From the IMG/VR virus record IMGVR_UViG_3300042885_000900: a stretch of 64,000 nt of DNA. One strand, given 5' to 3'. Both the position numbers and the translations under genes were made by a program. This document shows, piece after piece, positions 47,162-58,210 of the stretch (position 1 is its first letter; each line of letters begins with the position of its first letter). This DNA is from a virus. Lineage: Duplodnaviria > Heunggongvirae > Uroviricota > Caudoviricetes. The notes under the pieces are model-generated. The model did not search any database. It worked only from the letters and a program-made list of their open reading frames with translations, and was not told the DNA's origin.

Positions 47162-49000
47162 CTAAGAGAAATTAACGGTTTTAAGATTTTTAACTCTAAT
47201 GTTAATATCTTTACTCGGATATCTAACTTGATAAGTCTGTTTTGGTTCTGCGAAAATGGTATCATCAACTAATTCAATTTGTTTTGTTCCAGGGTCAGAG
47301 TATCTTTGAGATGTTTGAGACGAAGAATATTGTCCCCCCACTTTATTAAAGAAAAGTATATCAGACAATGATATTACACCGTTTTCACTTTGAATTAGTC
47401 GTCTTAATTCAGAAACATTAACATTCTCACCCATTTGTCTATTAGTCGGTGCGAAGTAATCCGAAACAATGTTTATCACTTTAGAAATGATTGCCCCCTG
47501 ATTTTGTGTATTATCTAATACAATATCAACATTAACACCTAAATCAATTACGCTAGCAACCTCAATTGATATATAATCATTAATCATTCTATAATTTGAC
47601 AAATAGTTCGCCACATTATTTTTTAAAGTATTTGAAACAATTTCAGTAAGACTACCATTCTCATCATAAGATAACATTTGGATTTTTATCTTATTATTTT
47701 CTTCAGTTATTGAGACTTTTGCCGGAGCCCCGAATTGAGACGGCATTAATCTAATTAACGATTCATAATCATTTATCGTTACTGCTCTATTTTGAGCCGC
47801 AAAATTATAAGTAACTAAATTTCTAACTTCTTCTGTTGTTGGGTAATTACCACCACCGATTGCCGCGGTAACATTCGTACATCTTAACGAATTAACAACA
47901 CTGGTATTGACAGAGTCTGAAGGTCCATTAACACTAAACGAAACATTACCAATTTGAGTAATAACATTAACACCTAAATTAGAACCAGTTCCACCACCAA
48001 TTCTATATTGGATAAAGATTGTACTATTAGATTTAAGCGTACTACCTAACCCTAAATTATTGGAGTATTTGTTTAAATTCATTTCATACCCGTTTCTCGC
48101 AAACTCTCTTAATTGTTCATCAGCAGATTGACTACCACCACCAAATGTAAGTTTAAAAAATCCTTCCGGAGTATATTCAGTAATAAATTTATCATTAGTA
48201 GTCATATATTTACCAACTTTAATTCCTGGTGAATCCGATACTTTAGTTGGGTCTTCAATAAAAACTCTATCTTGAGCTAAAGCTTGTACTTCATACCATC
48301 TATCATCTAACCCTAAAAACTCCTGTGATGATGGAATGTTGGCATATTGTGTTCCATCCTTTAATAAAACACTAGTTACACCCAATACATTTTTTTCAGG
48401 TAAGAACATTTCAAAAAATGGTTTAACATCGTTTGATGTTACCACTCTTTTAAAGACTTTTGTAATACCATTAACAATGGTCTCCCTTTTAGTTATTGTA
48501 TAGTTTAATAACTTATTATTTGAATCAAAATTTGGTATTTTTAATCTATTTGGGTATCCGTCAGCGTTTAATGGTGATGAAAAATCAATATCATATACCG
48601 TTTCAAATACTTGTCCGGCACCATTAACTTGAGAACCTCGTCTTAATATACCACAATACCTTAAATCTTCCTTATCCCCATAAGCAGGAACTGTAATTGA
48701 GAAATCAACTAAAGCAACCGATGGTCGTTGACCAGGAACTTTTAACCCATAAGTTCTTGCAATATTATAAATTGATGACCTTTGTTGAGCATATTGTAAT
48801 ACAGTCTCTTGGATACTTCTATCAATATTAAATTGTAGATTATCCGTTACCGCAGCATTTAAATCAATTAATACCGAAAATACTGAAGCATCGTTAAAGT
48901 TCTCAATGGTATCAGGATAATAAGTTTTTGTAAAATTTATTAATTCCGTTCTGATTGATTGGAAGTCTCTTGTTGTGTATGAAATTTTCTTATTTGCCAT
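47162..49000 (-). CDS. Baseplate wedge subunit (T4 gp6 / Baseplate J-like)
   Basis: RDFQSIRTEL, YRIGGG.GSN, AAIGG, AQNRAVT..DY motifs. Confidence 0.85.
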   Translation of the reverse strand: MANKKISYTTRDFQSIRTELINFTKTYYPDTIENFNDASVFSVLIDLNAAVTDNLQFNIDRSIQETVLQYAQQRSSIYNIARTYGLKVPGQRPSVALVDFSITVPAYGDKEDLRYCGILRRGSQVNGAGQVFETVYDIDFSSPLNADGYPNRLKIPNFDSNNKLLNYTITKRETIVNGITKVFKRVVTSNDVKPFFEMFLPEKNVLGVTSVLLKDGTQYANIPSSQEFLGLDDRWYEVQALAQDRVFIEDPTKVSDSPGIKVGKYMTTNDKFITEYTPEGFFKLTFGGGSQSADEQLREFARNGYEMNLNKYSNNLGLGSTLKSNSTIFIQYRIGGGTGSNLGVNVITQIGNVSFSVNGPSDSVNTSVVNSLRCTNVTAAIGGGNYPTTEEVRNLVTYNFAAQNRAVTINDYESLIRLMPSQFGAPAKVSITEENNKIKIQMLSYDENGSLTEIVSNTLKNNVANYLSNYRMINDYISIEVASVIDLGVNVDIVLDNTQNQGAIISKVINIVSDYFAPTNRQMGENVNVSELRRLIQSENGVISLSDILFFNKVGGQYSSSQTSQRYSDPGTKQIELVDDTIFAEPKQTYQVRYPSKDINIRVKNLKTVNFS

Positions 49001-49006
49001 ATAATA

Positions 49007-49465
49007 TTAAATATTAATAATTACAAAATCTTTTTGATTAAACACATCATTATTAACTTTATAATCTATTCTAACTTTAGCGGTATGTTCTTTAGTTCCA
49101 ATACCAGGAACTCTATATACTCTATCATCATTACCATCAACATAAGTACCTTTATCCTCCTCACCATCTGATGCGGCGGTAATACTAATATTTATTATTG
49201 TAATATTAGGAATGTAGTCTTCCACTGAAGACCTAATTTCAGCGTCTATATCCGAAAATGTTGGACCATCTAAAGGCTCAAAAATAAACTCATATAATCT
49301 AGTACCAAAATCAGGTAAATAATATCTAGTACCCTTTCTTGTCAATAATAAATGAACTAAACTACTTCTAATCTCTTGGTCATTATAATCAGAAAGGTCT
49401 AAATACTTACCATCATACGAATCTCTAAAAGGAAAATTAATCCCATATGTTTTACCATCACTCAT
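49007..49465 (-). CDS. Baseplate wedge subunit gp25-like
   Basis: GINFPF, LLLTRKGTRYYLPDFGTRLYEFIFEP; probable start MSDGK at 49465. Confidence 0.88.
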   Translation of the reverse strand: MSDGKTYGINFPFRDSYDGKYLDLSDYNDQEIRSSLVHLLLTRKGTRYYLPDFGTRLYEFIFEPLDGPTFSDIDAEIRSSVEDYIPNITIINISITAASDGEEDKGTYVDGNDDRVYRVPGIGTKEHTAKVRIDYKVNNDVFNQKDFVIINI

Positions 49466-49468
49466 AAC

Positions 49469-49476
49469 TATAAATA
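49469..49476 (-). promoter_or_regulatory. Putative late-promoter motif TATTTATA
   Basis: 3 nt before ATG 49465. Confidence 0.62.
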
Positions 49477-49515
49477 TAATGCCACAATTATTTCTAATAA
49501 ATACCCCAAAATAAA

Positions 49516-49539
49516 AAATCACGACATATGTCGTGATTT
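49516..49539 (-). terminator. Intrinsic terminator after nrdA
   Basis: aaatcacgac-atat-gtcgtgattt perfect 10-bp stem with U-tract on - strand. Confidence 0.82.
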
Positions 49540-49558
49540 ATATCATATTTTATTTTAA

Positions 49559-51973
49559 TTAAGAACCACACCCAAAACATTCAAATTCCGAATCCTCCGG
49601 TTTATTACTTATATCAACAGTTGGTTTTTCAACTATCTTTGGTTGTTGGATTTTTGAAATATCCATCGCCAAATGTTTTGCTCCAGTTGATATCGCTTTT
49701 GTTCTAACATAATAACATAAAGTTTTTAATCCTTTACCCCAAGAATGGAAGTGAGATGAAGAAATTTTTGATAATGTCGGTTCTGACATATAGATATTCA
49801 TTGATTGTGATTGGTCAATGAAAGGTGCTCTATCGGCCGCCATATCAATTAATTCTCTTTGAGATATCTCCCAAATTGTTTTGTATTTAGGAATTAAATG
49901 TTCAACTCTCTTAACTTTCTTTTTGTAATTTTTATCTTCAGGGTCAAGATAGTTATTAAAATTAATATTTTGGATTGACCCTTCATTCATAATTATCTCA
50001 TTCTTCAAGTCTTCCCCCCAAATACCTAATTTCTCAAAATCGTTAATTAAATATTTGTTAACAATTAAAATCTCACCACCAACAACTCTACGATTAAACA
50101 ACGCCGAATGAGCTGGTTCAGTCATTTCAAATGAACCGGTAATTTTAGCCGAAGACGCCACAGGCATCTGAGCCGTAAATAACGAATTACAAACACCATA
50201 TTTAGACACTTCTAATTTAAGTGAATCCCAATCCCACATACTACTTAAACCTTCATAATCCAACCCCCACATATCAAATTGGAAGACACTTTTGGACATT
50301 GGTGAACCTTCAAAAAATTGGTAAGGTTTATATTCCCCTGATTTACATAATTCCATACTAGATGTAATCGCCGCAAAGTAGATAGTTTCAAAAATTTGTT
50401 TGTTTAACTTTTTTGACTCTTCTGATGTGAAAATATAGTCCATTAAGAAGAATACATCTGCAAGTCCTTGAGTTCCAATTGCGATTGCTCTTTGTTCTAA
50501 CCCACCTTTTCTACCTTGTTCAGTAGAATAACTATTAATATCAATAACCTTATTAAGGGCTCTCACTACTTTTTTAACTTCACTATACAGCCAATTAAAA
50601 TCAAACTTACCATTAACAATAAAATTCTTTAATACCATTGATGATAAGGTACAAATCGCTGTCGTACTCTCATCAGTATATTGGTAAATTTCATTACATA
50701 AGTTAGATTGTTTAATCACCCCGATGTTTTGATGGTTAGTTTTTCTATTAGCACTATCTTTAGAACATAAATAAGGAACACCCGTTTCAACTTGAGATTC
50801 AATAATCTTATTCCAAATATTTTGAGCTTTCACTTTTTTACCAAGACCTAACTCAACCGCTCTACCATAGTTATCTTCATATTCATCACCATAACATTCT
50901 TGTAATGGTTTAATACCCGCTTTAACAATGTCATTAGGACAAAACAAATACCAATCAGAATTATTCTTAACAGCATTCATAAAATTATCCGGTAACCATA
51001 TTGATGTGAATAAATCTTTAGCTCTTAATTCTTCCGACCCAGTGTTTTTCTTAATTTCAAGTAAATCAATAATGTCTTTATGCCAAGGTTCTATATAGAT
51101 TGCCGCACTTCCTGGTCTTCTACCTTGTTGGTTAAAGAAACGAAGAGATTCATTAACAATTTTAAGGTATTTTAACAATCCACCAGCAAATCCACCGGAT
51201 GAATTAATACGACTCTCTTTACTACGAATATTAGACATACACAACCCAATTCCCGCAGCATCTGAAGAATATGTTGAAATGTCATTTAATGTCTCTAACA
51301 ATCCTTGTCTTGAATCCCCATTGTTATAATGTAATACACAAGACGCCAATTGAGGTGTTTTTGTACCCGCATTAATCATAATTGGTGTTGCCGGAGAGAT
51401 AATTTGATTGGATAATGATTGGTAATACGATATAGCCTCTTCAAATGATTTTGTTACCCATAAAGCCACCCTCATATACATATGTTGTGGTCTTTCAATC
51501 ACCTTACCTTGGGGTGTTTTTAACAAATACATTTCTTGTAATGACCTCCAAGCAAAATAGTCAAAATTATAATCATTCTCGTGATTAATTGCTGAATCAA
51601 TATTAGAAGGACCATAATTTAAAATAGTTTCCATCAATTTATCATTTACCACACCATCAACGTGTAATAAACCCATTGTAGTACTAAAACTTTCTTCAGT
51701 TTCTTTATGGTAAGAAGAAATAGCCACAGAAGACGCTAAACGAGAGTAATCATGATGACTACCGGTGTAAGCCGCTGCAATCTCATAAACCAGTTTATCA
51801 AGTTCTTTAGTAGTAATAAAACCCTCTGTTGGTACAGAGGTTATTACTTTAATGAATATCTCATCAGAATTAACATTTAACCCTTTAGCCGCTCGTTTAA
51901 CTCTATTGTATATTTTTTGGGGATTAAAGGAAACCTCTTCTCCCCCTCTTTTTTTAATTTTTAATGACATCAT
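49559..51973 (-). CDS. nrdA: Ribonucleotide reductase class Ia alpha subunit with ATP cone
   Basis: KKRGG ATP cone, PATP, ASC, QGGRRPG-like QQGRRPG, SNLCNEI, C-terminal CxxC. Confidence 0.95.
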   Translation of the reverse strand: MMSLKIKKRGGEEVSFNPQKIYNRVKRAAKGLNVNSDEIFIKVITSVPTEGFITTKELDKLVYEIAAAYTGSHHDYSRLASSVAISSYHKETEESFSTTMGLLHVDGVVNDKLMETILNYGPSNIDSAINHENDYNFDYFAWRSLQEMYLLKTPQGKVIERPQHMYMRVALWVTKSFEEAISYYQSLSNQIISPATPIMINAGTKTPQLASCVLHYNNGDSRQGLLETLNDISTYSSDAAGIGLCMSNIRSKESRINSSGGFAGGLLKYLKIVNESLRFFNQQGRRPGSAAIYIEPWHKDIIDLLEIKKNTGSEELRAKDLFTSIWLPDNFMNAVKNNSDWYLFCPNDIVKAGIKPLQECYGDEYEDNYGRAVELGLGKKVKAQNIWNKIIESQVETGVPYLCSKDSANRKTNHQNIGVIKQSNLCNEIYQYTDESTTAICTLSSMVLKNFIVNGKFDFNWLYSEVKKVVRALNKVIDINSYSTEQGRKGGLEQRAIAIGTQGLADVFFLMDYIFTSEESKKLNKQIFETIYFAAITSSMELCKSGEYKPYQFFEGSPMSKSVFQFDMWGLDYEGLSSMWDWDSLKLEVSKYGVCNSLFTAQMPVASSAKITGSFEMTEPAHSALFNRRVVGGEILIVNKYLINDFEKLGIWGEDLKNEIIMNEGSIQNINFNNYLDPEDKNYKKKVKRVEHLIPKYKTIWEISQRELIDMAADRAPFIDQSQSMNIYMSEPTLSKISSSHFHSWGKGLKTLCYYVRTKAISTGAKHLAMDISKIQQPKIVEKPTVDISNKPEDSEFECFGCGS

Positions 51974-51984
51974 ATTTTATTTAA

Positions 51985-52932
51985 TTAGAAATCTTCGGTA
52001 AATGTTAATGATTCGCCTAACTTAGCCTTTTGATATTCCATTGTTCTACTTTCAAAAAAGTTTCCTTTAGTCTCAATAGCAATTTGTTCCATAAATTTAA
52101 ATGGTTGTTCAACATTAAAATGTTTTTTACAACCAAACTTCACCAATAAACCATCGGTAACAAATTCAAGGTATTGTTTCATTAGATTTGAATTCATACC
52201 AATTAAAGATACAGGTAATGATTCAGTAATAAACTCTTTTTCAATTTCTAAAGCCGATAATAATATCTCTTTAATTCTTTTCTCACTTGGTTTGTTTTCC
52301 ACATGATTGTTAATCAAATGAATAGCGAAATCACAATGTAAGTTTTCATCTTTAAAAATAAGTGTGTTAGCATTACATAATCCTTGCATAATCCCTCTTG
52401 ATTTTAACCAAAATATGGAACAGAACGACCCCGAGAAAAATATCCCCTCAACAGCCGCAAAAGCAATCAATCTTTCTTGGAAAGAACTACTTTCTATCCA
52501 TTTTAATGCCCAATTAGCCTTTTTCTGAACTGCTGGTAATCTATCAATAGCGTGAAAACATTCATCTTTTTCAGTCGGGTCAGAAACATAAGTATCAATC
52601 AATAATGAATACATCAATGAATGAATATTCTCCATCATTATTTGGAATCCGTAGAAAAACTTTGCTTCAGCATACTGAACTTCTTTTAAAAAGTTTTCCG
52701 CTAAATTCTCATTAACAATCCCATCTGATGCTGCGAAAAACGCCAATACATTTTTAATGAAATATCTTTCATTATCAGATAAATTTTCCCAATCTCTAAT
52801 ATCATTTGATAAATCTACTTCTTCTGCCGTCCAAAACGCCGCTTGGTGTTGTTTATAGTACTCCCAAATATCATCATGCTCTATTGGAAATAAAACAAAT
52901 CTATTTTTATCCTCTTTTAATATTTTTTCCAT
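51985..52932 (-). CDS. nrdB: Ribonucleotide reductase class Ia beta subunit
   Basis: RFVLFPI, FWTAEE, ASDGIV, ENIHS..Y, VEGIFF, DENLH; probable start MEKIL at 52932. Confidence 0.95.
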   Translation of the reverse strand: MEKILKEDKNRFVLFPIEHDDIWEYYKQHQAAFWTAEEVDLSNDIRDWENLSDNERYFIKNVLAFFAASDGIVNENLAENFLKEVQYAEAKFFYGFQIMMENIHSLMYSLLIDTYVSDPTEKDECFHAIDRLPAVQKKANWALKWIESSSFQERLIAFAAVEGIFFSGSFCSIFWLKSRGIMQGLCNANTLIFKDENLHCDFAIHLINNHVENKPSEKRIKEILLSALEIEKEFITESLPVSLIGMNSNLMKQYLEFVTDGLLVKFGCKKHFNVEQPFKFMEQIAIETKGNFFESRTMEYQKAKLGESLTFTEDF

Positions 52933-52948
52933 TTTTTTTATTTTATTT

Positions 52949-53656
52949 TTATTTTTTATACTCCCATTTGAATCCACCACAGGTTTTTCCTCTACCCTTA
53001 CAAACACCAATCAAATTACTTATAACTTTTTCAAGACCATTTAATTTTACTGCTTCAGTTATTGATTCATATTCATCAATAACTTTATTTGTTTTAGAAC
53101 AAATTTTAATAACAGGTTTTTTTAAATGTGAATGACTTTTAACTAATGATTCTACATGTTTTTCAGATAATTTTCTACCTAATAAAGAATTACTAATATT
53201 TTTTTTAGTTATTTCACTTCTTTTTTTCCCTAAACCTCCAACACCTATTTTTTCTTTATGTTCTTCTGTCATTTTTTTATCTTTCCAATAACCAACTTTA
53301 CCTTTATTACCTTCTGATATTTTTTTTCTAGTTTCTTCTGAAGGAGAATAATTTAAATTAGAACCTCCCCCGTCAGATAAGTTAAGTAAATTATATTTTT
53401 TACGATAAAATGACACCCAATAAATTTCTCTGTCACACCATTCATTTATATTAGTTTTCTCAATTTCAATAATTTCCGGAGAAATATTGTTATCTAATAA
53501 TTTTTTTATCCATAAGTTTATAGGTCTTTTAACACCATTTTTACTTAAATAGATATGTTCATTTAACCTTTGGTTTATTTTTTTTTTAGTTTTACCAACA
53601 TATCTAATAACTTCAGGTTTGTTAGGGTCGTAAATCCCATAAATAACTATTTCCAT
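52949..53656 (-). CDS. GIY-YIG homing endonuclease with NUMOD3 repeats and C-terminal NUMOD1/HTH
   Basis: IYGI...YVGKT...R..EH...E; [10 protein letters not shown]-type repeats; probable start MEIVIY at 53656. Confidence 0.88.
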   Translation of the reverse strand: MEIVIYGIYDPNKPEVIRYVGKTKKKINQRLNEHIYLSKNGVKRPINLWIKKLLDNNISPEIIEIEKTNINEWCDREIYWVSFYRKKYNLLNLSDGGGSNLNYSPSEETRKKISEGNKGKVGYWKDKKMTEEHKEKIGVGGLGKKRSEITKKNISNSLLGRKLSEKHVESLVKSHSHLKKPVIKICSKTNKVIDEYESITEAVKLNGLEKVISNLIGVCKGRGKTCGGFKWEYKK

Positions 53657-53658
53657 AA

Positions 53659-53702
53659 ATTTGTTTTTATTATAAATATACAACTTTTTAATAAAAACAA
53701 AT
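53659..53702 (-). promoter_or_regulatory. 14-bp inverted repeat with TATTTATA in its loop, occluding the GIY-YIG leader
   Basis: ATTTGTTTTTATTA (53659-53672) / TAATAAAAACAAAT (53689-53702); motif at 53671-53678. Confidence 0.72.
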
Positions 53703-53712
53703 CTATCAGTGT

Positions 53713-55101
53713 TTAATTATTTTGACCTTGTTGTTCTTTTTGTTTTCTTTTATCCAACAAATCTTTGATTCTTTGTCTATTTCTTTCTTCAGTTTGTTCT
53801 TCCAACCCTAAAAAGGTTACAGAACTTTCCGTATCAATCTCTAACATACCATTATCAAACTTACAATTCTCAAATACAACCCCGTCATCACCAATACGTG
53901 ATTTAGTAATTGCAATTGTTGCTAGTTTCATTTCTTTCTGTTGTAGTGATTTTGCCACCGAAATAATTACGTGTCCAACCTGAGCTTTCTTGATAGAACC
54001 ACCCATTTGGTCAGTAGTTACAACATCTGAAGATATAGAACTTCTATTACCTTGAGTTGCCGTCCACCCAACCATATCCAATTCGTGACACATAGATTCA
54101 AACGCTCTCATTACAGAACCTTCAGATTTCCATTCATCACCTAAATTTCTATCCGGTACAACACAATCAATATAATCTAATAAAACCATATCAATTTTAA
54201 TCCCCTCGGAAATCATTTTTCTAATTTGGTTTTTAATTTGCATCATTGTCATAGTGTCAGATGGAAGTTTTTTCAAGATAAGTTTATTACTCATCGAATC
54301 TTTAACTTCATTCACTTTGAGAATAACCTCATCTTTTCTAGATGACAATTCATCCGGGTGAATTTTTGTCCATAATGTAATATGTTTTCTTTGAATAATT
54401 TTTGGATTATCTTCGAAAAATATTTGTAAGACATTATACCCCAAGTTAAATGCGTGATTAGCAACTTTAGTTAATAATGTTGATTTTCCAACACCTGTTG
54501 GTGCCAAAATAACACCAATTTCTCCTTTAGCTAAACCCCCTTTTAAGAGTCTATCTATGCCCGGAATACCCATTGGTATCGGATGACGATAATCTTCATT
54601 TAAAACATCGTCCAAGTTGTGAAAAACATCTTCAGTACCCTTGTCTAACTCACCCACTTGAAGGGCTTTACTAACCAATTGTTCCAAAGTGTCGTAATTC
54701 TCAAATTCACCACCATCGATGATTTTTTGTGCCTTAACCATTACTTTCTGCAATTCTTGTTGTTTACAGAATTTCATAGATTTTTCTTGTACAAACTCTT
54801 CCCCTTCAGTTGGGGCTTCTTTCACTTTATTAAGTGTGTCAATAACTATTTTTGACGCTGTAGCCTGTTGTAGCTCGGATTTGGTAATTTGTTCCAACGT
54901 ATCAAATGTTGGTGTATGTTCGTATTTTGAGTAATATTCCTTAATCATCTGAATGATAATTTTGAAATATTTATTCTCAAAATAACTTGTTTCAATCACA
55001 TCAATAATTGACCTAGAGAAGTCTTTATCGATGACGATTTGGTTTAATAATTGTAGCTGAAATGTGCTACCTAAATAATCAAAATTTTTGTTTGAAGCCA
55101 T
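53713..55101 (-). CDS. DnaB/gp41-like replicative helicase
   Basis: Walker A APTGVGKS, LDYID, TATQGNRS, SIKK; no intein. Confidence 0.9.
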   Translation of the reverse strand: MASNKNFDYLGSTFQLQLLNQIVIDKDFSRSIIDVIETSYFENKYFKIIIQMIKEYYSKYEHTPTFDTLEQITKSELQQATASKIVIDTLNKVKEAPTEGEEFVQEKSMKFCKQQELQKVMVKAQKIIDGGEFENYDTLEQLVSKALQVGELDKGTEDVFHNLDDVLNEDYRHPIPMGIPGIDRLLKGGLAKGEIGVILAPTGVGKSTLLTKVANHAFNLGYNVLQIFFEDNPKIIQRKHITLWTKIHPDELSSRKDEVILKVNEVKDSMSNKLILKKLPSDTMTMMQIKNQIRKMISEGIKIDMVLLDYIDCVVPDRNLGDEWKSEGSVMRAFESMCHELDMVGWTATQGNRSSISSDVVTTDQMGGSIKKAQVGHVIISVAKSLQQKEMKLATIAITKSRIGDDGVVFENCKFDNGMLEIDTESSVTFLGLEEQTEERNRQRIKDLLDKRKQKEQQGQNN

Positions 55102-55130
55102 ATATTTTCTTTTAGTGTATTAGATAAATA

Positions 55131-55583
55131 CTATACACTTAGACTAACTTCCATGTAGTCGTATGTTAAATTTTCATCAGAAAAAATGTCAGTCAGGTTC
55201 ATCAATAAGTTTTTTAGGTGTGGGCGTACATCCACAGTGTATCTTACCTTCGGAGGGTATATTTTAGCATCCACCTGTCTATGACAAATTGTCACATCAT
55301 TTTGTTTAATAAAAATATTAAAGTACTCCGGACCATCAATATACGATGTTTCTAAAATAGCCGGGTTGTTAATAATTTCGTACATATTGTCCGTCATGTA
55401 TGTCACCGTTTTCAATGATAATTGAGTTTGGATATCATCCTTAAACTCACGAATTAATTCGTATAATTCTAACGAATATTTTGCCTTTTCGTTAAATTCT
55501 CTAACGTTAAAAAATCTCTGTACTATGATGTTATCATTTACCATCATTAAGAATTCTAATTTTACCGATTCTTGGTCTTTCAT
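55131..55583 (-). CDS. Hypothetical protein (150 aa)
   Basis: Tiled in replication operon. Confidence 0.75.
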   Translation of the reverse strand: MKDQESVKLEFLMMVNDNIIVQRFFNVREFNEKAKYSLELYELIREFKDDIQTQLSLKTVTYMTDNMYEIINNPAILETSYIDGPEYFNIFIKQNDVTICHRQVDAKIYPPKVRYTVDVRPHLKNLLMNLTDIFSDENLTYDYMEVSLSV

Positions 55584-55591
55584 AATTTTAA

Positions 55592-56596
55592 TTAATTGTT
55601 TTTATAATTTCGTTTTTCTTTTCTTGTTAATTTCATAAAGGGTTTAACAAAATTCACCCACGCATCATCACCTTTTGGTAGATACTTAAAAAACCCGTCT
55701 TCCATCATCATTTTAATTAATCCCTTATAACCCCTACCATCAGGGTCTAAAGTTTCTTTATAATATAACTCAACAAGCTCTTTAGCATCATCAGTTATCA
55801 ATGGAGAAGATAAATTTATGATTTTTTCGTTAATAACAAAAAATTCATCACCATAAATTCCACTCTTTGTTTTACCGGACAAAAGATTTTGTAATGTCTT
55901 ATTTCCTTTGTTCTCCTTTAATAGGTTATCAGCCCTTTCTAAAATATCGGTAACTGAAACCGGTTTTTCAAGTAGCTCGGGAAAAAACTTTATAAGTGTT
56001 TTTTCTCCCAACCCTGAAATACCATCAATGTTGTCCGATTTATCCCCCGACAATATTTTATAAGTTTTAATGTTTTCATGGGGAAATTCGTAAAAATCAC
56101 ATTTGATTTTACTTCCTAAATGATAAGTTTGTTTGGTTCTCGGATAAAACACCGATACCTTATCCGAAATAAGTTGGGTAAGGTCTTTATCCCCCGAATA
56201 GATGGTCTTTTGTTCGTTTTCCGAGATTTGGCAGTAATAAGCAATCAAATCATCGGCTTCGTTATTATCGATGTTGATTTGTCTTATATAACAGTCCTCC
56301 AAGTATTGTTTGATTCTTTCTTTCTGCTCAGTGAAAGAATCTAACTTATACTCGTTTTCTCTGTCTCTACGATTTTCTTTATATTGGGGATAAATAAGTT
56401 TGCGAGCAGATGAATTATCATCACCATCCCACATCACAACAACCTTATCAAAGTTTTGTTCGTCTATGAAACGCCTAACGGTATTAATGAAGTGCCATAG
56501 GGCACCTATATGTTTTCCGTTATGATAATAATCTTTTACTCCGTGGAATCCAATTTTTGTTAAATTGTTACCATCCACTAATAGGGTTTTAACCAC
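55592..56596 (-). CDS. 5'-3' exonuclease / flap endonuclease (T4 RNase H, PolI N-terminal family)
   Basis: LVDGNN, WDG, YK.NR, EADD, SGDKDL.QL, GDKSDNIDGI.G.GEKT. Confidence 0.92.
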   Translation of the reverse strand: MVKTLLVDGNNLTKIGFHGVKDYYHNGKHIGALWHFINTVRRFIDEQNFDKVVVMWDGDDNSSARKLIYPQYKENRRDRENEYKLDSFTEQKERIKQYLEDCYIRQINIDNNEADDLIAYYCQISENEQKTIYSGDKDLTQLISDKVSVFYPRTKQTYHLGSKIKCDFYEFPHENIKTYKILSGDKSDNIDGISGLGEKTLIKFFPELLEKPVSVTDILERADNLLKENKGNKTLQNLLSGKTKSGIYGDEFFVINEKIINLSSPLITDDAKELVELYYKETLDPDGRGYKGLIKMMMEDGFFKYLPKGDDAWVNFVKPFMKLTRKEKRNYKNN

Positions 56597-56617
56597 TGTT
56601 TTTGTTTGTATTCGTTA

Positions 56618-57622
56618 CTACTCTTTTTCTTCTACCTCTTTCAAATCGTAATCACCATCTGTTCCGATAATGTTTTTCCAATATTCAGAGTATTCTTTTT
56701 TGTACTTCTCAATTGAAGCCTTTTCTTCTACTGTCTCTTTACCCGCTAAAAATCCGTGAGGTGTTACAATAATTTTACCATCCTCATAACCTAATCCATT
56801 GATGTGGTTTTTCATAACGGACACTTTAGTTCTTACAGCAAATTTGATAGTTCTTTTATCTTTAGTAGCTGTAATCTTTGTTGTTCCCGCTCCTTTTTCA
56901 TTTCCAAATCTAAATACTAATGAAGAGTTCAACCAAATCGCTTCACCACCCTTAGCTTTAATTTTTGGTTGTCCGAATGGATTATCCGGAAGTTCAACCC
57001 ATGGTTGGTTAACAATCACCAAAGTATTCTCGTATTTAGAATCAGATTTACGACTTCCCGAGATTCTTTGATTGATACCCATACCAATTTTATCAGCTAA
57101 TGCCGCCGCGTTATGTTGTTTACCACCCTTACCCTCAAAAGTCATTTTACAAGGAACTGAACCAACAGAATCCCATAAAAATAATAAACTATAATCTAAT
57201 TCACCCTTTTCTTGAGCATCAAGTAAACTGTTAATGTAATCTGTTATTTGTTCAATATAACTGAAGTTATTATTAAAGATGTAGAACCCATCCCATTCTA
57301 ATTCACCTGTTTCTTCATCAACTAATTCTTCACAATCAAAACCCATAAGTTTTGCGTGTTCAAACGACCACTTCTGTTCGGTAATGATGAATACAGGTAA
57401 TATTTGTTTTTTCTGAGCATCAACCGCACATTTAACTAAAGCTGTGGTTTTACCTGTATCGGAATGACCCAAGAACATATTTAAATGTCCTATCGCTGGT
57501 CCCGGAATACCAACAGCATCTAAAAAGTCAGGACCTAAGTCAAAAAACCTTTGTGGTTTGTATTTTGCCGATGTTGAGAATTTGTCCTTAATAGACTTAA
57601 AATCGTGTTTTTTAATTGCCAT
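56618..57622 (-). CDS. RecA/UvsX-like recombinase
   Basis: Walker A GHSDTGKT, WDSVG, IVNQ, GG.A. Confidence 0.88.
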   Translation of the reverse strand: MAIKKHDFKSIKDKFSTSAKYKPQRFFDLGPDFLDAVGIPGPAIGHLNMFLGHSDTGKTTALVKCAVDAQKKQILPVFIITEQKWSFEHAKLMGFDCEELVDEETGELEWDGFYIFNNNFSYIEQITDYINSLLDAQEKGELDYSLLFLWDSVGSVPCKMTFEGKGGKQHNAAALADKIGMGINQRISGSRKSDSKYENTLVIVNQPWVELPDNPFGQPKIKAKGGEAIWLNSSLVFRFGNEKGAGTTKITATKDKRTIKFAVRTKVSVMKNHINGLGYEDGKIIVTPHGFLAGKETVEEKASIEKYKKEYSEYWKNIIGTDGDYDLKEVEEKE

Positions 57623-58151
57623 TTTTAATTATTTTATTTAAGTAACTGATATGTTTTTCTTTTGTATCCAATAGTTCACCATCAATTGTGTTATATTTCA
57701 TAAGTTCAGGATTATAAATCATTAATCTATGTAATAAATTATGGTCTTTAATATTTAACTCTATTATATCTAACCAATCTTCTCGATTATAAGACCAATG
57801 ATGTAAATGAATACCTTTTATTTTAGTTAAGAAAATTTCAGTATATTTAGCCGCTAAATATTTTTCAGGATATTTTTGTCTATAGTTTTTTATATATTCT
57901 CTTTTTTTCTCTGTCGTGGGACGCTTTTCCTTATAATTTAACCTATGATATTTTTCTCTATGTCGTTCTTTTTCTTTTTTAACCCATTCGGAGTCGTTTA
58001 TTAATTCGGACTCTCTTTTCCTGACATCAATCTTAGTACATTTTTTACATTTATTCAAATGTCCGTCAGTCATTTGGTTATGTTTATAAAACTCACATAA
58101 GGGTAGGTTTTGATTACATTTAAAACATTTTTTAATAACATTTTCCTCCAT
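57612..58151 (-). CDS. HNH homing endonuclease with N-terminal CxxC...CxxC finger
   Basis: CFKC...NKCKKC; HLHHWSY...L...DH.LLH; probable start MEENV at 58151. Confidence 0.8.
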   Translation of the reverse strand: MEENVIKKCFKCNQNLPLCEFYKHNQMTDGHLNKCKKCTKIDVRKRESELINDSEWVKKEKERHREKYHRLNYKEKRPTTEKKREYIKNYRQKYPEKYLAAKYTEIFLTKIKGIHLHHWSYNREDWLDIIELNIKDHNLLHRLMIYNPELMKYNTIDGELLDTKEKHISYLNKIIKNGN

Positions 58152-58210
58152 AATAATTTCTTTTATATATAAATATATCAAGTCTGTTAAAAAGGTAGGA
58201 AAATGTTATT
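58134..58210 (-). promoter_or_regulatory. 14-bp inverted repeat enclosing TATTTATA and the HNH start codon
   Basis: aataacattttcct (58134-58147) / aggaaaatgttatt (58197-58210); motif at 58168-58175. Confidence 0.68.

Noticed and set aside
49559-57622. Introns or inteins in nrdA, nrdB, helicase or recA
   Set aside because: All are uninterrupted, of normal length, with contiguous motifs; the endonucleases are intergenic
2496-58181. Upstream start codons given by the track for Dam, sigma, REase-like, sbcD, exonuclease, primase, gp25, nrdB, GIY-YIG and the second HNH
   Set aside because: The extensions overlap upstream genes or promoter motifs; downstream ATGs fit family N-termini and leaders better
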